Assembly (NCBI RefSeq): GCF_000143415.4
Contig: NW_003314321.1
Coordinates: 382,236-446,235, forward strand
Origin: Selaginella moellendorffii
Lineage: Eukaryota; Plantae; Lycopodiophyta
Reading direction: 5' to 3'
Length of the DNA: 64,000 nucleotides
Under the pieces are notes generated by a model. That model did not search any database, was not told where the DNA came from, and was given only the letters and a program-made list of their open reading frames with translations. Shown piece after piece: positions 36,701 through 47,000 of the stretch; position 1 is the stretch's first letter; every line of letters begins with the position of its first letter. A program made the position numbers and the translations under genes.

Positions 36701-36838
36701 CATGAAGACGATGGCGTGCGCGACGCGGTCAAGGCCTTTCATAAACAGCTGCCTAAAGTTATGCCGCAGCCACCACGGTCGAAATCGCCAACTTCGCGTC
36801 GGGGTATGTTCAATCATATGTGCTGCTACTCCACTTAG
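33706..36838 (+). CDS. UGT80: Sterol 3-beta-glucosyltransferase (UGT80 family), multi-exon
   Basis: IPPLQIAMLIVGTRGDIQPF, HRVRLATH, AIIANPPAYG, PVYIGFGSL, HHGGAGTTAAGL, PFFGDQPFWG. Confidence 0.93.
34098..34166 (+). repeat. GGT/GAT low-complexity repeat encoding a Gly/Asp tract in the UGT80 N-terminus
   Basis: Translates as GGGGGDGGDDGGAGDGGDGGAGD. Confidence 0.8.
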
Positions 36839-38300
36839 CCAAGAACGCAAAAGGCAAAACGACCGATCCATCGTTCAATCGATGAGTAAGTTCTGCGTTC
36901 CAAATCTAGTTGCCCTCCTCGCTCACGGGATCACTTCTAGAGAGATAAAAGAGCTCGTGAACTTAAGCAAAGTTTTATTCTTTTCATCTTCACAGGTTTT
37001 TCTTCTTCTTTGGAAAGCTCCCCGCTACTACTTTTCAGCTCGCTTTGCTTACGCTCACGGGACTCGGCCAAGGCAGTGCTTTTGTAAGATAGCACTGCGA
37101 GACTCTTCTCCTTAGAATGAGATGAGAATTTCCCCTTTTTAATTTTAAGGGCCTTTTTGTAAAGGCGAGTTATCCTTTAATCTCCTCCTCTTTTCTTCCT
37201 TTCAACCTTTGGGCGATCTTCGAAACGTTCGTTCCTGACTGATTTGATTCCACACCCACCCAACCAACTTTGGTTCGTTGGAGGGCTTCCATCGCGGAAC
37301 CGTGCCAAGAGCAAAGTTACCATGGGGTTATTTAATTTTACTCGCTGGGTGGAAAAACCATTGCCCCACCAGTTTAATTAGCGCCATTTAGTGCGCGCAA
37401 TTAGGACTAAAACACGATGGGAATATCCATGTATTAAAGGGAGTCTGTTGTGGGGCTTTCAATGTCTCATTTAAAGAACCACAATCCTCATGGACATGAC
37501 AAGATGTTTGAATGGGACATGGGACCTACCCCAGCCATCATACATGCATGTGTGCATGGGGGTCATGGATGGCATACCTGGCCAGCCTGGATGGCATTGA
37601 CATTCCGTTGCCGGGTAAAAGCCTGACATACATATTCCTCGCGCCACATGGACGGCGGAGATGCCGTGGCGGCATCCACGCATGCAATGGTGCCATGATG
37701 GGGTGTACATGACGTGGCTCCCACCGATCGCCCGTTGATGCAGCCGGCGAGGAGTTAGGTGGTGTAAAAAGGGTGAAAGGAGGCTATTTTAACCTGCCAG
37801 CGTGGCGTCCTAGCTGGCAGGGCTGGGTCGCGTTCACACGAGGAGGGCTTCCAGCAATCCAGTTTTAACACTGCGGCTTGGAGGAGCTCGAGGTTTTTGC
37901 GAGCCGCGCGTATTGCTCGTGCTTGGCTATGGCGCCCTTGGCTTGCGTGTGGACGAGCGTGCTAGGGATTCGCGGCAGGAGCCGGAGCGCATGGAATCGG
38001 AGGAGCTGAGCGCTGGATCTGTCGAAATTTCCAGGAGAAGGTACTAGATCTGAGCATTCGAGTGAAAATTTGCAATGCGGTTGTGTCTCAAGAGTGATTT
38101 CTCGTCTTGCCAGGGACAAGTGGAAGGGGGATTGCGCGCTACAGCAGAGAAATATCATCGAGCACGGTGAGCCCAGCAGTAAAATCTCACTGCGCTGTGG
38201 AAGATGCGAGCTCACGAACCTACATTGCGACCTCTTCTTGCAGGAAAGCCAATGGCTGAGGTGATGTGAGGTCACTCACACACAGTCCATAGGTAGCGCC

Positions 38301-40387
38301 ATGGAAAGATCCAACGGAACAACAGGCCATGGCTACCTCTTTGCAATGCTGCTGGCCTGTGGAGCACTCCTTATGCTACTGGAGATCGCCAGCGCCGACG
38401 ACGTTTCCTCGCTACTGGCCTTCAGGAGTGCTGTGGATCCGGGCAACCAGCTGAGGAGCTGGAACAGGAACACGAATGTGTGCCAGTGGACAGGGATCAA
38501 ATGCTCGAATGGCACCACAGGTCGGGTGAGAGAGCTGCGAGTTCCTGGATCCAGCCTCTCTGGGACGATTCCAAATGGATCAATTGGTGGCGTGGAGGAG
38601 CTCCGGGTGATAAGTCTCAGGATGAACAGGCTCTCCGGTCCATTCCCCGCGGATTTTCTCAGGCTGAGGCAGCTCAGGAGCATGTTTCTCCAGAACAACA
38701 ACTTTTCGGGGCCACTCCCCAGGGATTTCTCGGTGTGGCCTAGCTTAGTGAGATTGGACGTGGCCTTCAACCATTTCGACGGGCAGATACCAGTGTCACT
38801 AAACAACCTCAGTCGGCTGGCGACTCTCTACGCGCAGAACAATTCTTTTACGGGTGGTCTCGCCGGTCTCAACTTGCCCAGGCTCAAGCAATTCAGCGTC
38901 GCAAACAACCAGCTCAATGGTAGCGTTCCTGCCGCTTTGCAAGCCTTTGGAAGCGATGCATTTGGTGGTAACCAGATTTGTGGGCCTCCGCTGGCCGAGG
39001 ATTGTGTTTCCTCGGCGCCACCTTCGCCAGCCCCGTCTTCAACTTCTCCAACAACGACGAACACGCCGGGAAGGAAGCACAAGAAGGGCCTTAGCACTGG
39101 TGCGATCGTCGGGATCGTCGTGGGAAGTGTAGTCGGCGCATTGCTGCTACTGCTTCTACTCTTCTTCCTGTGCTGCAGAAGGAAGGGTGGCTCTCCCAAG
39201 GCTGCTGACAGATCTATCGAAGCCAAGGGTGAGGAGGTGAAGGATCCGGATCGTTCGGTTTTCGCACAGGGTGAACCGGAGAAGAGCAAGCTGATCTTCT
39301 CCGAGGGCGCACCTTACAAGTTCGACTTGGAAGATCTCCTGCGTGCTTCTGCCGAGGTCTTGGGTAAAGGAAGCGTTGGTACAGCTTACAAGGCAGTGCT
39401 GGAAGATGGATCGGTCGTTGCGGTGAAGAGGTTGAAGGACGTTTCAATTTCGGGCAGGGAATTCGAGCAGCAGATCCAGACGATTGGCAGGCTTCAGCAT
39501 CCGAATCTGGTGCCACTCCGAGCGTATTATTTTTCAAAGGATGAAAAGCTACTGGTCTACGACTACATGCCAATGGGGAGTTTGTCTGCTCTTCTACACG
39601 GTACGTGAATCCACTGTTGATGTTGTTTTGTTTTCTTAACTCCCATTTCCACACACATGGAACAGGAAGTCGTGGAGCTGGACGTACTCCATTGGACTGG
39701 GTCTCGCGCGTCCGCATCGCCCTGGGAGCAGCACGCGGGATCACGTACCTCCACGAGCAGGGTGGCAGCAACTTCGTCCACGGAAATATCAAGTCTTCCA
39801 ACATCCTCCTCAAGAAGAACTACGATGCTGCCGTGTCCGACTTCGGCCTTGCGCAGCTATTCAACTCCAGCTCCGCGGCCTCGAGAATCGTGGGCTACAG
39901 AGCCCCCGAAGTTGCCGAGACGAGGAAGTCGACGCAGCGCTCCGACGTCTACAGCTTCGGGGTGCTCCTCCTGGAACTGCTGACCGGCAAGGCTCCCACG
40001 CAGGCCTCCCTCAACGACGAGGGGATCGACTTGCCGCGCTGGGTCCAGTCGGTGGTGCGCGAGGAATGGACCGCCGAGGTGTTCGACTTGGAGCTAATGC
40101 GGTACCAGAACATCGAGGAGGAGATGGTCCAGTTGCTCCAGGTGGCGATGGCGTGCGTGGCGACATCGCCGGACCAGCGTCCCAAGATGAAGGACGTGGT
40201 GAGAATGATCGAGGACATCAGGGCCGTGGACACGGACGACGGCTCCAGATTGCCGTCTGATAAATCCGAGGAGAAGTCCAATGGCCACACTTCTCCATAC
40301 TCGCACACGCCAGGATCGGACGCCTCGCAGGATACTCCGCCCAAGCAGCAGCCACTGCCGCCACAGCAACAACAGCAACAGCCTTAG
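38301..40387 (+). CDS. LRR-III receptor-like kinase (atypical, likely inactive), 2 exons
   Basis: Signal peptide, ~5 LRRs, TM helix, [25 protein letters not shown]. Catalytic loop HGNIKSSN has Asn in place of Asp. Intron ~39601-39665. Confidence 0.95.
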
Positions 40388-40835
40388 AGCAGCAAGAAAG
40401 ATCAAAGGGAGGTACTTTATTTTCTCTCATCATCCATCCATCCAGGAACCAGGAAGAACATCCCCAGCAGGAAGAACATCAGGAGCAGCAGGAGCAGCAG
40501 CAGCAGCTTGGATTGTAACAGAAACAAAATTCAGCAGCTGCAGCAGCAGCAGCAGGAGGAGGTATTAAAAGTTTTCATTTTCATTTTGGCTCTTTTTCTT
40601 TTTCTCTTTCGCCCTCCATCTTTTTGTGTGTATTCTTTCATTGAGTGAGTTCCACTTTGTGCAAAATAAGCTATTTATAATTCCTTCACATTTGATTAAT
40701 AACCACTGTTTCTTCTATCAGCAGAGAAAGAAGAATTTTCCTTGTGCAATAAATGCTAATCTAATACTAATCATAGTTAATAATAGTGCTCTGTTTCTAG
40801 GGTTCCAAGAACTCGGGCAGTCCTGCTTAGCTAGA

Positions 40836-41432
40836 ATGTGTGCCCTAGAATCATCCATGTCTCCTTCCACTAGTGTCTTTGATCAATTGGCCAACAAGGC
40901 GACCAAATGGGGAGTGACGGGCTTGGCTGCCGCGGTGGTGCTATGGCGCCACGATCCCGCGGCGATGTGGGCGGTCACTGGCGCGATCGTCAACAGCGCC
41001 AACGCCAAATTCCTCAAGCAATGCATCAACCAGCAGCGTCCAGCCACTGCGGTGCTCAAGACTGATGCAGGAATGCCCTCCACCCACGCCCAATCTCTCG
41101 GCTACCTCTCCACCTACGCGGCAATTGGGATCGCGGGATGGAACGGACTAAATCTCGTCTCCCTGGGGCTGTGTGCCATTGTTCTTGGCTGCGCCGTCTA
41201 CCTCGCGTACCTTAGGGTTTGCACGGGATTGCACAGTGGAGCCCAGGTGGTGATAGGGGCTGCTATCGGGAGCTCCAGCGCGCTGGTGTGGAGCTGGATA
41301 TGGAAGGCTGTAGTGGCGCGATACATGGTTGAGATGCCATGGATATCTATGGCTGTGTGGATCGCATTCCTCGTCACGGTGAGTTCGTTCGTGGCATTTG
41401 TAGTGAAAAATTGGAGAATTGGAGATGCCTAA
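40836..41432 (+). CDS. PAP2-family lipid phosphate phosphatase (LPP-epsilon-like), paralog of 27904
   Basis: ATG of MCALESS aligns with MGALESC of the paralog. KQCINQQRP, PSTHAQ, RVCTGLHSGAQV. Confidence 0.87.
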   Translation: MCALESSMSPSTSVFDQLANKATKWGVTGLAAAVVLWRHDPAAMWAVTGAIVNSANAKFLKQCINQQRPATAVLKTDAGMPSTHAQSLGYLSTYAAIGIAGWNGLNLVSLGLCAIVLGCAVYLAYLRVCTGLHSGAQVVIGAAIGSSSALVWSWIWKAVVARYMVEMPWISMAVWIAFLVTVSSFVAFVVKNWRIGDA

Positions 41433-42061
41433 ACAACTTTTTCCTGGTCCTAAAGATAATTTGAATTCTTAACTTAAAATTTAATCAGAACATTGAAATA
41501 GTATTTGAGAAATTCAATATTACAAACTAAAGCAGTGTAAAAATAAAATTGAACAAGATAAATAGATGTTTATAAAAGCCATGGGAACCTACATGCACTC
41601 ACACTTCAAATCTAAGAACTTTGAGGGGAAGTTGTGGAAGTAGTGTAATTTTAAATATAATAAAGAGTATTTAAATATTATTATTTAGTTTAACAACTTA
41701 TAGAGTTTTATATATTGTGAGATCATAGTTTTTACATCGAGGGTAGGAGAATAAAGTTCAAATATGTAAGGCATAAAGGAATTTAATAAACAAATGGATC
41801 ACAAAGTCATCAATGCGTTATATTATAATTCATCTTTCTTAGGTGGGTGTTATTAGACTTGTAAATAGCTAATGACTGAATCATAATTTACCAATATTAT
41901 AATAAGAAATATAAAAATTAATAGTTTAAATTTAATACATGATGACAGAAAAGGTTAAAATTGAAGTACAACAATAAATTAAGGGTCATAGGCACATAGT
42001 TATTATTTTTTCTTTATTAAATATTTAATTATTAGGAGATGTTATTTCATTTTTAAATACC

Positions 42062-42069
42062 TATAAATA
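42062..42069 (+). promoter_or_regulatory. TATA box (CCTATAAATA) upstream of lectin-fusion copy 2; conserved before copy 3 (~50726)
   Basis: Canonical plant TATA consensus conserved in both duplicates while flanking DNA has diverged. Confidence 0.6.
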
Positions 42070-42082
42070 ATATGATTTACAA

Positions 42083-43006
42083 ATGGAAAACCAAATAATG
42101 TTTTCCAGATTTAGTTTTATTAATATATTGTTTCTGATTTCCTTTTTATGCATATATTCTGAAGGTATGATTGAGTATATAGGAAAAGAGGGTGTCATAC
42201 CTGTAGGTGGTCCTCGTGATGTTATTATGTCTACCCTTGATGAAGTTATGAATCGTATCAACTCAGATTATAGTTATTCTTATGGACAAGCTTTTGCCCT
42301 TTTTAATGTGATTGGGTCATTTAGGGTGTTAGTAAGTGCCTGGTTATTAAGTCCTGTAAATGATCAAGGCTATTGTAGTGGTCAATATGATAAATTTGCT
42401 GGAGCTTCTGGTGATGATTTTAAAAATGGTTTATGGCCTATTTACCATGTACTCAAAGATGTAAGCACATGGAAGGGGTATGATGCTATAGTTATAGTTA
42501 ATGCAAATTTTATGGTTTTCTATTATTTAAGATATGGTTCAGAAATACCAAACTTAAACATTTTAAAGATTAATGGGTCAGAAACTTCAGATATTATAAA
42601 TCCCCAGGATTTTTATGATTGTTCAATATCATATACAGGTCTTATTACTGGAGATGATTATAATACATTTGCAGTTATGGAACCAGGTACAACAAAATCA
42701 TCACCAAATAAACATTATGAATTAATTCTACAACATAATTGTGAGCTTATATTTATGGATGTGATAAACGATGAGATAAAGTTCAAAGCTGGTAATGGTA
42801 ATGGAGGGCAATATGGTTGTAAATTAAGACTCCAATCAGATGGAAATTTAGTATTATATCAAATAGATGGAACATCAATTTGGAGTGTAAATGAGTATTG
42901 TTCTCCATCACCTTGTGAATTAGTATCTGTTTTAGCTATTCAAGATGATGGAAACTTAGTGTTGTATCGTTGTTTGAATGGTCATGTGGCATGGTCTTTA
43001 TGGTAG
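42083..43006 (+). CDS. Secreted unknown-domain + B-type lectin fusion, copy 2
   Basis: 307-aa intronless ORF with signal peptide and QSDGNLVLY, QDDGNLVLY motifs. Paralogous to 286-1185. Confidence 0.85.
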   Translation: MENQIMFSRFSFINILFLISFLCIYSEGMIEYIGKEGVIPVGGPRDVIMSTLDEVMNRINSDYSYSYGQAFALFNVIGSFRVLVSAWLLSPVNDQGYCSGQYDKFAGASGDDFKNGLWPIYHVLKDVSTWKGYDAIVIVNANFMVFYYLRYGSEIPNLNILKINGSETSDIINPQDFYDCSISYTGLITGDDYNTFAVMEPGTTKSSPNKHYELILQHNCELIFMDVINDEIKFKAGNGNGGQYGCKLRLQSDGNLVLYQIDGTSIWSVNEYCSPSPCELVSVLAIQDDGNLVLYRCLNGHVAWSLW

Positions 43007-43088
43007 AGCACAGATTTATAAGATTCAAAACAATCAATAAAAAAGAGAATGTTTGTGCATTCCTTTAAAATCTAGGGCCATACTGAGC

Positions 43089-43172
43089 ATGGCTTGGTGG
43101 AAGAGCTAAATCCTTGCATTCCCCTCCAGTAGTTCGATGGATTCATACTCTCGGAAATCAAGGAGCAGCATT
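43089..43172 (+). pseudogene. Duplicated, internally deleted 5' fragment of the PPR gene at 51755
   Basis: GCATGGCTTGGTGGAAGAG..AGTTCGATGGATTCATACTCTCGGAAATCAAGGAGCAGCATTG matches ~51753-51881. Confidence 0.8.
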
Positions 43173-43239
43173 GAGGCTCATCATCCTCAATAGTTAATTA
43201 TAGACCTCTGTTTCTAAGGTTTGAATTGCATTCCACGCT

Positions 43240-43782
43240 CTACCCCTAGAATCATCCATGTTCGTCTCCCAGCGTCTTTGATCAATTGGCCAACAAGGTG
43301 ACCAAAAGGGGAGTGACAGCCGCGGTCACCACGATCCCGCGGCGATGTGGGCGGTCACTGGCGCGATCGATGCATCAACCAGCAGCGTCCAGCCACGGCG
43401 GTGCCCTCCACCCACGCCCAATCTCTCGGCGACCTCTCCACCTACGCGGCAATTGGGATTGCAGGATGGAACGAACTAAATCTCGTTTCCCTGGGGCTGT
43501 CCCCCATTGGTCTTGGCTGCGCCATAGGGTTTGCACGGGATTGCACAGAGGTGGTGATAGGGCGCGGTGGTGTGGAGCTGGATATGGAAGGCTGTAGTGG
43601 CGCGATACACGGTTAGAAATTCGAAATATTCCAGGCGCTGTCGCAGCAGGGCGCGGTGATCTTCCGCTGTTGCCGTGCGTGCATCCAAGCGGTAACTAGC
43701 TTGAATGTGGATCGCATTCCTCGTTGCGGCGAGCTCGTTCGTGGCATTTGTAGTGAAAAATTGGAGAATTGGAAAGGCCTAA
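43240..43782 (+). pseudogene. LPP-epsilon-like pseudogene (duplicate of 40836-41432)
   Basis: Colinear with 40843-41432 but with several short deletions, frameshifts and an ~85-bp unrelated insertion near 43620-43705. Confidence 0.9.
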
Positions 43783-44045
43783 ACCTTTTTCTTGATTATT
43801 ATTTATCGTTCTTCAAATACTAATGATTTTGTGATGGAAATTTCCATCTCCACATTCCTACTCCACACTACTACTCCAGATCTAAAACTTTTCTAGCATC
43901 TCCACTCCAGACTAGTCTTTATCAGCCAAACAGCTTCTTTCAATTTTATTCTTTACTTCTAAAAAGTTTATATTGAAACATTCAAAGAACTGAAAAAATA
44001 ATTGACAACATTCTTAATTTAAAATTTAATTATAATATAAAATTT

Positions 44046-47000
44046 TGTGAGATCCAAGTGTATAGTGGATTGGTTTTAATCCAGACCTCTCACTCCTATA
44101 TATAAACTAGGGTTTTTGTGTTAATTAATATGCACATTTTTTATATTCCCTTTTTATATTCCAAACACTCATATTGGTGGAAATGAAAAACAATAAATGA
44201 GGGGCACCTTTCATTATCTCTGAGGAGTGCTTGGATTTAGAATTTTAGTTTACATTTAACTTTTGCATCGTTTAGATCTAATTTTTTCCATTTCCTTTCT
44301 TTTATTCTTTCCTTTTAGGATTTTGGTTTAGATTTAGCTTTTCCATTGTCTAGATCTTCTATTCCTTCTAGTTTTTTCTCATTTCTCTTTTTTTGTTTTT
44401 TCCTTTTCATTCATTTTCATGGCAGAGCAATAGTCTCATCCTTTGACTCTGGAGCAATATTTCTTTTTCATTCATCTTTATGGCAGAGTAATAGTCTCCT
44501 CCTCTGACTCTGGAGCAATAGTTGGTGCAATTACTTGATGCCATGCGATTGCAATTGAACAACTAAACTCAATTGATGGCAACATTCACAGTATGCAGTA
44601 CAGCTCCTCCTGCTCTTGGTGCCAATCCTTGTGTTCAGCTAAAGTTCTTTTATGGGAATCCTGGGGATGATCTGGATTATTGGTTCGATCCCTTCATGGT
44701 GATTGCCACATATCATTTTTGGGATGATGTTTGACATTTGCATGAGTTTCCTACATGTCTCCAAAGAATGGCATTGTAGTGGTTGAGTACAGCCATTCAT
44801 GGGGATTTGAGTGTTCTTCTGGACATCTTTAAACGTGCATTCAAACAAGCCACAATTGTGATGATGCTTTCCAGCAATTGTATCGTCTTCATCAAGGGCC
44901 ATTTGAGTTAGTAATGCAATTTGGCATTTGTTTCTAAAGCCTCTTGCTTTGTGCGAAGCCAAATATGTCGGAGCGAATCAAGTTAGGAATGTTGTGGCTA
45001 GCACTTTGTCAATATCTTGTTGGACTTGTGCATGCACTTGCTTCAGCCACCCTTGACAATGCTCTTCGCTTGGCACAACGTTATGAGACATCGCCTTTTC
45101 CAGTTCTCACTACAGGTCTTTCCGCTCCACTTTCTGTGGGCGATGGTCCTGTTCTAATGGAGGTTGATGCTGTTGCTGCTCGAGTCCAAGGATAAGGGCA
45201 AGGACGTGGTCATAGCCTTGATGTTCATTGTTGGGCGTGTGATGAAGTTGGTCATACTTATCAACGTTGTCAGCATTTTCCAGATTGGCGACCTCCATTT
45301 ACTAAGTGGAGACCTTGGCGTCAACAACGTCTTGTTAGTGCTGCTACAATGGAAAGTCTGGACACCGAGATGCATCTGGGAAATAAAGAGTCACGTGAGT
45401 AATGGAGGGACCTTGCACAAATAAGTCAGTGATCCTTCCATCTTTCTTTCGATAGTATCATTAAGGGGTTCACTTGGCACTAGTTCATCCAATGTTTACT
45501 TTCCAAGCTCATTTTTATAAAAAGAGGTTTCCTATTATTCTCTCTATGTTGGTTGATACAAGTTCGAGTTTATCTTCTATTGCTCAACCTGTTGCCATGC
45601 ATTGCCATCTACACTTGCGTTGTGCAGCGGAACTAATTTTCATTCTTTATGGCAACGGTTGTACACATGCATGTGCATGGGATGAGGCGGACTTGGTTGT
45701 GCATGTGGGTGATTTTGAGCTTGAGTTGCAGTCATTGTGGGTGGTGCTGAGTCAAACTTTCAACCTCATTCTTGGTATAGATTGGTTGTAGCGCAATCAT
45801 GCCAAGTGTGACTTTGAGGCTTCTCCCCCTTGTCTCATATTTGCTTATATTTTATTCATTCCTTTCACTTCTATATTTCTTCGTCCCTTTATTTCTACCT
45901 TTACTTCCATTACTTTGTAACCCTATTATTTCCTCCTATGTTTCCATCTTGTTCTACTCTTCCCTTTTCCGATCCCTCCAACAATCTTTGTACTACAATG
46001 GTTGACTGGCTCATGAAGGAGTATTGTAATCTCTTTGAATTTGACTTATCGTCTAGAGCCAAGATTGCCACACGTCATCGAATTCCAACCAGGAATGCTC
46101 GTCCAATCAAGGTTCCTATTTGTTGTCGGTCACCCAAAAAGATCAAGATTTTACGTGCAAACATCAAGGAGATATTGGAGAAGGGTGTTATTCAAAAGTC
46201 ATGGAGTCCTTGGGCATGTGAACCTCATCTGTAATGAAGCCTAATAGGAGTATTCGTTTCTGCATCGACTATCGTCCGTTAAATGAAGTGACAATCCCGG
46301 ATGTGTACCCTCTTCCTCACACTGCTGATCTTGGATCGTTTGCGGCGAAGTCATTGGTTCACTAAGTTAGATCTTGCTTTTGGGTACTGGTAAGTACCGA
46401 TGGCCGAAGAAAATATTCCTAAGACTACTTTTTGTACACTATTTGGTTTTTACGAATTTTTGGTGATGCCTTTGGTTTAAACAATGCTTTAGCAATTTTT
46501 CAATGAATGATGGACGAGGTTCTTTGCGATGTGCCAAAGGTGACTACTAACTTCATTAATGATATCTTGATCCACTCAAAGGGGACATGAGAAGACTACG
46601 TTTGTGATGTTTGTAAAGTGTTAGATCGGTTATGGGATGTTGATTTAAAGCTGAAGCGGTCAAAGTGCATGTTTAGGTCCAAGGACACAACTTATCTGTA
46701 AGCTCCTGAGTTTGGACATGTTTAGGTCCAAGGACACAACTTATCTGTAAGCTCCTGAGTTTGGACTTCCCGGGAGGTCACCCAGCTCAGTACTATTCAA
46801 ACCCAAAGACACTTAACCCCAAATATCCCAAGATCCTTAATCGATTAGAACACTATTATTCATGGGCCATTTTCTTCTATATTTGAACCCTATGGATCGT
46901 TTTTCAAGTTGTTCCCTTTAGTTGCTTACAATCCACCATTGGGAAAGCCCTGCTCTCTTAACACCCTACTCTTCGGGTCAAGCCCAGTGGGAGCAAACTA

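Noticed and set aside
37460-37830. ATG/CAT-rich region and small hairpin upstream of the LRR-RLK as a candidate miRNA
   Set aside because: Only an 8-bp stem (CTGCCAGC/GCTGGCAG) was found; no extended precursor-like duplex.
14853-41432. Lipid or glycolipid biosynthetic gene cluster (KCS, alpha-galactosidases, LPP, UGT80)
   Set aside because: The genes are interspersed with unrelated housekeeping genes and form no coherent pathway; proximity is explained by high gene density.
46760-46820. Functional 5S rRNA gene or 5S-derived SINE
   Set aside because: Only the 3' ~56 nt of 5S are present, inside TG..CA LTRs with PBS and 5-bp TSD. There is no 5S 5' half or oligo-T terminator, so it is LTR-borne.
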